Assembly (NCBI GenBank): GCA_050330955.1
Contig: JBHJHJ010000003.1
Location: forward strand, 2,484-66,483
DNA length: 64,000 bases
From: Elainellaceae cyanobacterium
GTDB taxonomy: Bacteria; Cyanobacteriota; Cyanobacteriia; CAKZMO01
Direction of reading: 5' to 3'
This document shows positions 10,901 to 18,139 of the stretch, piece after piece. The position numbers and the translations under genes were made by a program. Position 1 is the stretch's first letter; each line of letters starts with the position of its first letter. The notes under the pieces are model-generated. The model did no database searches. It was given only the letters and a program-made list of their open reading frames with translations, and was not told the DNA's origin.

Positions 10901-13360
10901 GAGCTACTCGAAGATGGCGCCTTTACCGTTGCGGCAGAGGCTTACAGCGGACAAAATGCCACAGGTGAGAAGCTAAGTGAAGTTGAGCTAAGTTATGAAG
11001 TGAGCGGAGCAGCAGCCCCAACCAGCTCTGCCCCGATCGCTGAAACGCCTACAGAAGGCGGCGGCACTCCGACCACTCCAGAAGATGGCATCGACACTGG
11101 GTCTGGCGATCTAGGCGCAGACCCCACCCCGCCCACGACAAACCCCGACGCGCTGGTCAGTCAGTTTGACCACATCGTCTCGCACTTTGATGGCAACAAT
11201 AGAGACACTGACGACATTGCTGCGCTGCCCATCGCGGCTGCCTTAACCAACGCCAGTGGGTTGCAGGATAAGTCAACCTTCTTCTACGGCAACAACATTG
11301 GTGAGCCGAATATCGAGAGACAGGTTGAGGACATGCGCGCCAGCGCGGCGTTTGCCGAGAAGCTGGGGATCAAAACCCACGACTACCAATCTGGATTGAA
11401 TCAAACCACCGATGAGCTGGTGAAAATCTTCAACTCCGGGCAGAAGGTCCTTGTTTTGGAAGGGGGCCGCATGGAAATGACCTATCGGGCCTTCGAGAAG
11501 ACCGATCCAGACAAGATTAAGAACATCACGCTGCTCTCCCACTCCACCAACAACGAAAACTACACCAGAAATGGCAGCCGGACCTGGAGCGATTTGAAGG
11601 CCGACTTCCCGGAGGCCACGTTCATCGATATCGAGAATCAGAATGGGACAAACGATAGAAATGGCTTTAACAGCTCCAAGTGGAACTGGTTGGACAGCAC
11701 CAGTGACCCACTGCTTCAAGAGCTACGAGAGCACATGCTGGAGGCAGGCCGTAAGTACAATGAAGACAAATTCAACGACCCCTCTGATGCGGGTATGCAC
11801 TTCTTCGCCATCACTGGCAATGAGAATGGCGATCCGCTTGACGCAAAAGCTTTCTTAGAGGCTAACCCACCGTCCTTCACTTCCTCCCCACAATCTACAC
11901 CTGTATCTACGCCCGAACCTAGCCCCGAACCCGTACCAGTGCCGACATCCACTGACACAAGCTCAGATTCACTCGTCTTCATGGCTGAAAATGGTCAAGT
12001 GGTTATCGAGGCTGAGAACACCGAGCTGCAGGGCCACTGGACACCCAGAATGGTCGACGGGGAAGACACGGTACTGTGGGATCCGGCTTACAGTAAGGCG
12101 GCACGGGGTGAAGCTGGAGAGACGCTCTCCTACTCGTTTGTCACTGACGAGGCAGGTGATTACAATCTTGCCATGCGCTTCGGACGAGTCAAAGACGCCA
12201 TGAGCGATCGCGACCTACTGGAAAACGGCCAAGAGCGTACTGACACGGGCAACGATTCGTACATCTCACTGATCAACGCAGAGACAGGGGAAGTGATTCA
12301 GGACCAGGTCAAGGCATCGACTTACCTAGGCAGGTCTGACGAGGAGCTCAAGTGGGGAACCACCATTTCTGTCAATCACCAGAAATCGCCAGCGACGTTC
12401 AAGCTGGATGCGAACACCGAGTATCGCCTAGAGGTTACTGGCCGCTCGGATGGCTATGCCCTAGACCGAATTACCCTCAGCACTGATGGATTCCTCACTG
12501 ATGCAAACGTCCCTCAGTCGAGTACTCAGGTTGGTGCGAACGACACTGCTGTGCTGTCGTCCGGCCCGGCTAGTGCATCACCTGCTTTGTCCACTGTTGA
12601 GTCAGTCTCTCCTGAGTTCTCTGATTCGAACAGCGATTTCGCTGCAAGCGAACTCTCGCAGGAGGTACTAGAGCTTACCAACGCGTTCCGGGCCAAGAAT
12701 GGTCTTGCTCCCCTATCGCTCAATCAAGACCTCACCGAAGCGGCCCAAGACCATGTGCAAGATATGGCCGAGGGAGATTTCTTCAGCCATACCGGCCTGG
12801 ATGAGTCCACCATCGTTGACCGGGTTCAGGAAGCCGGATACATGCCTCAAACTGTGGGTGAGAACATTGCTGCGGGACAAATCACGGCAGAAGAGGTTGT
12901 GCAGGCCTGGATTGACAGCCCTGGCCACCGGGCTAATCTACTCAACGACCAGTTCACTGAGATTGGCATTGGCTACGCGTTCCTAGAGAACGACACGGGC
13001 AGCGTCAACTACAACCACTACTGGGGACAGGCCTTTGGGCAGAGTAGCGAGGCGAGTGACTTTGGCGCAGTACCTCAGAGCAGCGGCGATTTTGTCCGCG
13101 CCATGGCTGAGGCTGGGTTCAGCGGCGGCATGGGCTCGATGGGTGATGCTACTGGTGGTGGACAGACCTCAACCTTTGAGAGCAGCTATGGTCTAGCAAA
13201 TCTTGAGAGTGCAAGCGAACTTCAGGGTGCTGAGCTGTTCAGCGTCTCTGAAGGCATCGGTAACCAGACCGAAACGCATCAAGATGAACTGACGGCAGCG
13301 CATATCTGTGGAACCATGGCGGCATTCCCCATGCCTGAGGTAGACAGCCTGGCTGCCTAA
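7943..13360 (+). CDS. Giant (1805 aa) multidomain extracellular-type protein: G8 domain, parallel beta-helix, acidic linkers, 2 tandem repeat domains, CBM-like domain, C-terminal CAP (SCP/PR-1, YkwD-like) domain
   Basis: Single uninterrupted ORF. N-terminal G8-like pattern (W..W..P..GDDVTIP..LKVILD..LGTL.INGILEF). PbH1-like repeats (NSSVHHTFQRGLVVHRADNLLIEGNTIFET). Two ~110-aa repeats (..KFFLNG..VKTENTPPYALFGD..). CAP signature at the C-terminus (GHRANLL..; YWGQAFG). No N-terminal signal peptide is seen. GC is visibly lower than in the flanking genes. Confidence 0.8.
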   Translation: MLETTSNLQSTGTNMAMHSSDMNGTQTVLWSDASEWLGFTPKDGDDVTIPTGLKVILDQDTPELGTLAINGILEFDQKDLKLTADNVLVFGEMAAGSEENPHTHKTEIVLTGKSTDPDVVLADWMGEGHGMHDSMDGGEHANHMTSPINNKAVIVAPGGKLNLHGAEVDSWTQLDSTANAGDTSITLAEIPAGWNVGDAIAIAPTDFSVFEVEERTIAKIEGSTVFFEEPLEYRHYGEQQDLGNGKVLDMRAEVTNLTRNISITGSDEGESQILDTQSEHPDYYARAGYGGHTVYLTGAEVKIDGVEFNGLGNSGELGNYPVHFHHTGDASGSYVKNSSVHHTFQRGLVVHRADNLLIEGNTIFETMSHSYYIEDGVETGNRFVDNLAMMPRMTAEAFRIDSEKKSPERPTGFWITNQTNAFEGNHAVGIRGGQGFWFNDPDKVSGTGLARKKDTPLLQFEGNTAHTINFDRVEGLGYPPKWTGIALDIGKSFDNHPDSAPIKDFTAWKIGNMGITIGHGDEVDIENPIIAETRVFLHTKDGDPLKIVEPTFVAETENTVEGRDIRSIFPNHPKPVMVEAARPTELVDATIIGADQLVESSSRPKHEGNLTVTLAESNGTSEETVEESDTAEPADDAAESPQDATSLDLDNEDMAADNGGEMQPEEDFASEIPNLETSSPEMPSSESDNPTGENGLMKFYLINAETNQLIKPLTSGESVDPNAIAAKEFSIVAEPDAGVFNQVGSIKFFLNGKAVKTENTPPYALFGDRSGDFHGEAFEDGAFTLEVEAYSGPDGTGDKLVAAELTYDVAVGTPDTTAPDSGNTAVDTDGSDQPTENPEPEAPNTDGDAVTDESAEPTEGDVDGSVDMPTQTDGEAGGATDGADDSPTDGSPTSEVPAEPDTSGSESGGGLKLYLVDAGTDEIIEELTSGKSIDADTTGADEFSIIAVPDSSQVESVKFFLNGQEVRTENTPPYALFGDTDGNFRGELLEDGAFTVAAEAYSGQNATGEKLSEVELSYEVSGAAAPTSSAPIAETPTEGGGTPTTPEDGIDTGSGDLGADPTPPTTNPDALVSQFDHIVSHFDGNNRDTDDIAALPIAAALTNASGLQDKSTFFYGNNIGEPNIERQVEDMRASAAFAEKLGIKTHDYQSGLNQTTDELVKIFNSGQKVLVLEGGRMEMTYRAFEKTDPDKIKNITLLSHSTNNENYTRNGSRTWSDLKADFPEATFIDIENQNGTNDRNGFNSSKWNWLDSTSDPLLQELREHMLEAGRKYNEDKFNDPSDAGMHFFAITGNENGDPLDAKAFLEANPPSFTSSPQSTPVSTPEPSPEPVPVPTSTDTSSDSLVFMAENGQVVIEAENTELQGHWTPRMVDGEDTVLWDPAYSKAARGEAGETLSYSFVTDEAGDYNLAMRFGRVKDAMSDRDLLENGQERTDTGNDSYISLINAETGEVIQDQVKASTYLGRSDEELKWGTTISVNHQKSPATFKLDANTEYRLEVTGRSDGYALDRITLSTDGFLTDANVPQSSTQVGANDTAVLSSGPASASPALSTVESVSPEFSDSNSDFAASELSQEVLELTNAFRAKNGLAPLSLNQDLTEAAQDHVQDMAEGDFFSHTGLDESTIVDRVQEAGYMPQTVGENIAAGQITAEEVVQAWIDSPGHRANLLNDQFTEIGIGYAFLENDTGSVNYNHYWGQAFGQSSEASDFGAVPQSSGDFVRAMAEAGFSGGMGSMGDATGGGQTSTFESSYGLANLESASELQGAELFSVSEGIGNQTETHQDELTAAHICGTMAAFPMPEVDSLAA

Positions 13361-13424
13361 TTCAAGAGCCTGAGGAAGGTGCTTCCTTGTACTAAAAGGC
13401 GATCGCCTTCTGATTTTTGACAGC

Positions 13425-13460
13425 GTGAGCCCCCCTCTAGCGGATTAGAGGGGGGCTCAC
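13425..13460. promoter_or_regulatory. Perfect 15-bp-stem hairpin between the giant gene and phnI
   Basis: GTGAGCCCCCCTCTA gcggat TAGAGGGGGGCTCAC. A TTGACA hexamer lies just upstream at about 13414. It could be a terminator for the giant gene and/or a regulatory structure for the phn-like operon. Confidence 0.4.
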
Positions 13461-13542
13461 GTCGTAAAGTAGTAGTCATCCCGTGACATCTCAAATGCGA
13501 TGACACAATAGACATACATCCCCAACACCCTCCCGCCAACCC

Positions 13543-14706
13543 ATGCCCTACGTAGCCGTCAAAGGTGGCGATCGCGCCATACAAAACGCTGAGGCTCTGC
13601 TCAAGGCCCGCCGCCGCGGGGATACTAGCGTACCCGAGCTATCCCTAAAACAAATTAAGCAGCAGATGCACCTGGCCATAAATCGGGTCATGGCCGAGGG
13701 CAGCCTCTACGACCCGGACTTAGCGGCCCTGGCTATCAAGCAATCCTGGGGCGATTTAGTGGAAGCCGCTTTCCTCCTGCGGGCCTACCGCACCACCCTG
13801 CCGCGCCTCTACTACAGCCAGTCGCTAGACACCAGCCAAATGCACCTACAGCGGCGCATCTCAGCAATATTTAAAGACGCCCCCGGCGGCCAGATGCTAG
13901 GCCCTACCTTCGACTATGTGCATCGCCTATTGGACTTCAAGCTAGCGGCGGAAGGAAATGCTGCTGTGCCGCCCAGAACAGGCACCGCCTCAAACGGGGC
14001 TACCCCCCGCGTCGCCGATATCCTGCGGCAAGAGGACCTGATTCAGCCCGCCGCAGCGCCGCAGGAGTCAACGCCCTTCGACCTCACCCGCCATTCTCTC
14101 ACCACCCCTACCCGCCGAGACGCGCGGCTGCAAAACCTAGCCCGAGCCGACGAGGGCTTCTTGCTGGGGCTGGCCTACTCCACCCAGCGGGGCTACGGCA
14201 AAAACCATCCCTTCGCTGGGGAGATTCGCGTAGGAGAAGTGGAGGTGGTGCTCTGCCCCGAGGAGCTGGGGTTTGAGGTGGCGATCGCCGACATCACAGT
14301 AACCGAGGTGCAGATGGTGAACCAATTTACGGGCAACAAGGATACCCCGCCCCAGTTCACCCAGGGCTACGGCCTCACCTTTGGCTACACCGCGCGCAAG
14401 GCCATGGCTATGGCGCTAGTGGACCGGGCGCTGCAGGCTAAAGACCTGGGAGAAGCGATAGATGGTCCCGCCCAGGACGAGGAGTTTGTGCTCTACCACT
14501 CCGACAATGTAGAGGCCCAAGGTTTTGTACAGCACCTGAAGCTGCCCCACTACATCGATTTTCAGGCGGAGCTGAACGTGGTGCGCAAGATGCGGGCGGA
14601 CCACAACACCCAAAGTACCGGTGCCGTTCCGAGTAACGGCGATGCCCAAAGCAACAACGAGCTGGCAAAAGCGGCTCCCTACGACGGCGTGGAGTTCTTC
14701 GTGTGA
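13543..14706 (+). CDS. phnI: Carbon-phosphorus lyase complex subunit PhnI
   Basis: Near-colinear match to E. coli PhnI (MPYVAVKGGDRAIQNAEALL..RRRGDTSVPELS..; ..GEIRVGEVEVVLCPEELGFEV..; MAMALVDRALQA..AQDEEFVLYHSDNVEAQGFVQHLKLPHYIDFQAEL). Confidence 0.9.
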   Translation: MPYVAVKGGDRAIQNAEALLKARRRGDTSVPELSLKQIKQQMHLAINRVMAEGSLYDPDLAALAIKQSWGDLVEAAFLLRAYRTTLPRLYYSQSLDTSQMHLQRRISAIFKDAPGGQMLGPTFDYVHRLLDFKLAAEGNAAVPPRTGTASNGATPRVADILRQEDLIQPAAAPQESTPFDLTRHSLTTPTRRDARLQNLARADEGFLLGLAYSTQRGYGKNHPFAGEIRVGEVEVVLCPEELGFEVAIADITVTEVQMVNQFTGNKDTPPQFTQGYGLTFGYTARKAMAMALVDRALQAKDLGEAIDGPAQDEEFVLYHSDNVEAQGFVQHLKLPHYIDFQAELNVVRKMRADHNTQSTGAVPSNGDAQSNNELAKAAPYDGVEFFV

Positions 14707-15608
14707 TGCCTGATCCAACCCCCAAAGTACGGGCGAATGGCCATTCGCCCCGACCGGCTACCGCTACTACTGAACCCGGCTTCAACTTCGCCTACCTCGA
14801 CGAGCAAACCAAGCGCTCCATCCGCCGCGCCTTGCTCAAAGCCATTGCCATTCCCGGCCACCAGATCCCCTTCGGCTCTCGGGAGATGCCCATGCCCTAC
14901 GGCTGGGGCACCGGCGGCATCCAGGTCACCGCCTCAGTGATTGGCCAGACCGACATCTTCAAAGTGATCGACCAGGGGGCTGACGACACCACCAACGCCG
15001 TCAACATCCGCCGCTTCTTCCAAAAGGTATGCGGCGTCGAGACCACCGAACGCACCGAAGAGGCCACGCTGCTCCAAACCCGCCACCGCATCCCCGAAAC
15101 GCCGCTACGGGAAGGTCAAACGGTGGTGTACCAGGTGCCCATGCCCGAGCCCCTGTTCTTCATCGAGCCCTCTCGCACCGAGGCCAGCAAGATGCACGCC
15201 CTAGAAGAATACGGCCCCGTCTACGTGCGGCTCTACGAAGACATCACCCAGTACGGCCACATCGCCATGGCCTACGACTATCCCGTGGTGGTGCACGATC
15301 GCTACCTGATGAAGCCCAGCCCCATTCCCCGCTTCGACAACCCCAAGATGCATATGAGTCCGGCACTGCAGCTGTTCGGAGCGGGGCGGGAAAAGCGCAT
15401 CTACGCGGTGCCGCCCTACACCTCAGTGAAGAGTCTGGATTTTGAGGACTACCCGTTCACGGTAGAGCGCTGGGATAAGCCCTGCGCCATTTGTGGCTCG
15501 ACGGAGAGCTACCTAGATGAAGTGGTGACCGACGACCAGGGCGGTCGCATGTGGATCTGCTCGGATACGGACTACTGCAGCCAGCGACAGTCGAACGCTC
15601 CAGATTAG
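14706..15608 (+). CDS. phnJ: C-P lyase PhnJ (alpha-D-ribose-1-methylphosphonate-5-phosphate C-P lyase, radical SAM-like 4-Cys)
   Basis: FNFAYLDEQTKRSIRRALLKAIAIPGHQIPFGSREMPMPYGWGTGGIQ.., and the C-terminal Cys cluster CAICGSTESYLDEVV..ICSDTDYC. The ATG overlaps the phnI stop (TGATG). Confidence 0.9.
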   Translation: MPDPTPKVRANGHSPRPATATTEPGFNFAYLDEQTKRSIRRALLKAIAIPGHQIPFGSREMPMPYGWGTGGIQVTASVIGQTDIFKVIDQGADDTTNAVNIRRFFQKVCGVETTERTEEATLLQTRHRIPETPLREGQTVVYQVPMPEPLFFIEPSRTEASKMHALEEYGPVYVRLYEDITQYGHIAMAYDYPVVVHDRYLMKPSPIPRFDNPKMHMSPALQLFGAGREKRIYAVPPYTSVKSLDFEDYPFTVERWDKPCAICGSTESYLDEVVTDDQGGRMWICSDTDYCSQRQSNAPD

Positions 15609-15663
15609 GCGATACTTGAGAGAGCTTATTTGGCTAGCCCCTCCTGTAAATTTGTCGGATGCA

Positions 15664-16344
15664 ATGAGTCCACTCCTGCGAGCCCATCGCCTCCACAAGC
15701 GATTTATTCTGCACAACCACGGTACCGAAATCCCGGTGCTGGCAGGTACCAGCCTCACCGTAGAGGCGGGAGAATGCATTGCGCTGCAGGGCCCCTCAGG
15801 CTCCGGTAAATCTACCTTTATGCGATCGCTCTACGGCAACTATCGCGTTGACAGCGGCTCAGTGTGGGTCAGGCATGAAGATAAGTGGGTTGACATTCCC
15901 CAATTGCCTCCCCACGAACTGATCGCGGTGCGGCGGAGATCTTTGGGCTACGTCAGTCAGTTTCTGCGGGTGATTCCTCGGGTGCCGGCGCTGGACGTGG
16001 CCGCTGAACCGCTTGTCGCTTGGGGCGCCCCGCTGGAGGAGGCCCGTGAGCGAGTCGCCTGCCTGTTCGCCCAGCTCAATCTGCCGCGGCGGCTGTGGAT
16101 GCTGTCCCCCACCACCTTTTCCGGTGGGGAGAAGCAGCGGGTCAACATTGCCCGAGCTCTCGCGGTGCCCTACCCGGTGCTGCTGCTAGATGAACCCACT
16201 TCCGCCCTAGATGACGCCAACCGAGAGGTGGTCATTCGCCTGATGGAAGCCCGCCGCGCCCAGGGCTCTGCCTTGGTGGGCATTTTTCACGATCAGGCGG
16301 TGCGCGATCGCGTCTGTAACCGAACCTTAACGTTTGAAGGTTAG
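15664..16344 (+). CDS. phnL: C-P lyase pathway ABC-type ATPase PhnL
   Basis: Walker A GPSGSGKST, then WVDIP, then VSQFLRVIPRV, then signature FSGGEKQRVNIARAL, then LLLDEPTSALD, then GIFHD. This is the PhnL pattern, not PhnK. Start taken at MSPLLRAHRLHKRF. Confidence 0.85.
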   Translation: MSPLLRAHRLHKRFILHNHGTEIPVLAGTSLTVEAGECIALQGPSGSGKSTFMRSLYGNYRVDSGSVWVRHEDKWVDIPQLPPHELIAVRRRSLGYVSQFLRVIPRVPALDVAAEPLVAWGAPLEEARERVACLFAQLNLPRRLWMLSPTTFSGGEKQRVNIARALAVPYPVLLLDEPTSALDDANREVVIRLMEARRAQGSALVGIFHDQAVRDRVCNRTLTFEG

Positions 16345-16351
16345 AGTGATC

Positions 16352-17509
16352 ATGATCACAGCTCCAGCGACTATGACAGAACAGGTTCTGACCAACTATC
16401 GTCTGCAGCTCCCCGACCAAGAGGTGTTGGGTAGCCTGGTGGTGCGCGATGGCCGCATCGCCGACATTCAGCCCGGCGCAGTTTCCCAGGGGCAAGACGG
16501 GGGCGGGGATTACCTGCTGCCAGGCTTTGTGGAGCTGCACACCGACAATCTAGAGCAGTGTATGTCGCCTCGGCCCAGCGTGATGTGGCCGATGGACATG
16601 GCTGTGGTGCACCACGACCGGGAGCTGGCGGGGGCAGGCATCACAACGGTGTGTGACGCGATCGCCATCGGGGACGTGCTGCCCAACTCGGTGCGTATGA
16701 CCCAGTTCGATCCTATGATCGACGCCCTCAGCGGGGCGCAGCAGGCCGGACGCTTGGCGGTGGATCACCGCCTGCACCTGCGGTGTGAGCTGGGCTATGA
16801 AAACACCCACGACATTGTTGAGCGCTACGCCACCCACCCCCTGCTGACCCTGATGTCCCTGATGGACCACACGCCGGGGCAGCGCCAGTTTGCCAAAGTG
16901 GAGAAATACAAGGCGTATTATGTGGGTAAACACGGGGTCAGCCCCGAAGAAATGGACGACTTTATCCAAAAGCGCATCGAAGATCAGCGGCTTCACGCCC
17001 AGACCAACCGGCAGAAGCTGGCGCGGCTTGCTCGCACCCACGACATTGCTCTTGCGAGCCACGACGACGCCACGGTGGACCACGTGCAAGAGGCCATCGA
17101 TGACGGCGCGGCGATCGCCGAGTTTCCGACGACGCTGGACGCAGCTAAATCCGCCCACCGCCACGGCCTACAGATTTTGATGGGGGCTCCCAACTTAGTG
17201 CTGGGGGGCTCCCAATCGGGGAACGTCTCAGCGATGACGCTGATCGAGCACGGGCTAGTGGACTTGATTTCCTCAGACTATGTGCCCCAGAGCCTGCTGC
17301 AGGCGGTTTTTGTCATTGCCCAGCGTGGGGTGCTGCCTCTGCATGACGCGGTGAAGCTGGTGACCCTCAACCCCGCGAAAGCGATTGAGCTGGATGGCGA
17401 TCGCGGCAGCCTCGCGGTTGGCAAGCGGGCAGATTTTATCACCGTGCACCACGACGGCACCGTGCCCAGACTCACTAGCGTCAGCCGACAGGGAAGGCGT
17501 ATTGCCTGA
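16352..17509 (+). CDS. phnM: PhnM (ribose-1-methylphosphonate-5-triphosphate diphosphatase, amidohydrolase fold)
   Basis: LLPGFVELHTDNLE, ITTVCDAIAIGDV, HRLHLRCE, LMDHTPGQRQF, ALASHDDAT, EFPTT, and MGAPNLVLGGSQSGNVSA all align with E. coli PhnM. It is translationally coupled to phnL. Confidence 0.85.
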   Translation: MITAPATMTEQVLTNYRLQLPDQEVLGSLVVRDGRIADIQPGAVSQGQDGGGDYLLPGFVELHTDNLEQCMSPRPSVMWPMDMAVVHHDRELAGAGITTVCDAIAIGDVLPNSVRMTQFDPMIDALSGAQQAGRLAVDHRLHLRCELGYENTHDIVERYATHPLLTLMSLMDHTPGQRQFAKVEKYKAYYVGKHGVSPEEMDDFIQKRIEDQRLHAQTNRQKLARLARTHDIALASHDDATVDHVQEAIDDGAAIAEFPTTLDAAKSAHRHGLQILMGAPNLVLGGSQSGNVSAMTLIEHGLVDLISSDYVPQSLLQAVFVIAQRGVLPLHDAVKLVTLNPAKAIELDGDRGSLAVGKRADFITVHHDGTVPRLTSVSRQGRRIA

Positions 17510-17522
17510 CTCTAAACCAGTT

Positions 17523-18116
17523 TTGAGCTCAGACCCATCTCCATCAGGCTTCTCTGGCGCCGACGGCGATACGCTAATACCGCTGATTCTTTACGCCTGC
17601 CCCACTGGCCCGCTGGCCCAGCAGCTTGAGGTGTACTTTGAGCGCAGTCGGGTCCGCTATGGCCCCAATAAGGCCCATGCCTATATGCCTCACTGCACCC
17701 TAACCGGCTTTTTCCACGACGGGGCAGTCACCATTTCGGCCTATCTGCGCGCGATCGATGCGGCTCTAAACCAGCTGGAGCCCCCGCCGCGCCCCGTAGC
17801 CCGCGTGAGCGCGATGGCCTTCCATGCAGATTGGCACGGGCTTGTGGTCGAAGCGCCCTGGCTCAAGCGGCTAACGGCTCAGTTTGCTGAACTGGCGCCC
17901 TCGCCGCCCAATGAGGCACTGCGGCTTAAAGACTGGCTTCACGTCAGCCTGGCCTACGGGTTTGACCCAGCCCAGAATAATGACCTGCGCGAGCTGGCTC
18001 AGGCCCTAGTTGACCCTGAGACCCCCGCCGGCTGGGAGCTTCGGTTCTACCAGCGTCAGTCCGCTTGGATATGCCAGCAGAGCTGGACCCTCGAAGATAC
18101 GTTTCAACAGCAGTAA
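17523..18116 (+). CDS. 2H-family (LigT/CPDase-like) cyclic phosphodiesterase
   Basis: Two H-x-T/S-x motifs at the expected spacing (MPHCTLTGFF ... LHVSLAYGF). The ORF-track start at 17385 overlaps phnM in another frame. The true start is probably the TTG at 17523 or a nearby alternative, so it remains uncertain. Confidence 0.5.
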   Translation: MSSDPSPSGFSGADGDTLIPLILYACPTGPLAQQLEVYFERSRVRYGPNKAHAYMPHCTLTGFFHDGAVTISAYLRAIDAALNQLEPPPRPVARVSAMAFHADWHGLVVEAPWLKRLTAQFAELAPSPPNEALRLKDWLHVSLAYGFDPAQNNDLRELAQALVDPETPAGWELRFYQRQSAWICQQSWTLEDTFQQQ

Positions 18117-18139
18117 ACCCTAAACCAGGATTTTTCGCA

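Noticed and set aside
13361-13542. Pho-box (tandem CTTAACCT-like 8-mers) upstream of phnI
   Set aside because: I looked for it because phn operons are usually Pho-regulated, but could not see a convincing tandem 8-mer array. Only a TTGACA and the large hairpin are visible.
15616-16344. Possibility that the ABC ATPase is PhnK rather than PhnL
   Set aside because: Motif-by-motif it follows E. coli PhnL (FILH..VL..SL.V..GEC; WVDI; VSQFLRVIPRV; FSGGEKQRVNIARAL; GIFHD), not PhnK.
16550-17164. 204-aa minus-strand ORF inside phnM (and similar antisense ORFs such as 11273-11719, 26535-27014, 36795-37340, 39763-40134)
   Set aside because: These are high-GC antisense frames fully contained in well-supported genes, Arg/Gly/Pro-rich with no motifs.
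17385-17509. ORF-track start of the 2H phosphoesterase gene at 17385, overlapping the last 125 nt of phnM in another frame
   Set aside because: The overlap is in a region where phnM aligns to its homologs to the last residue. The homologous 2H domain begins after 17520, so an alternative start (TTG 17523 or similar) is more plausible.
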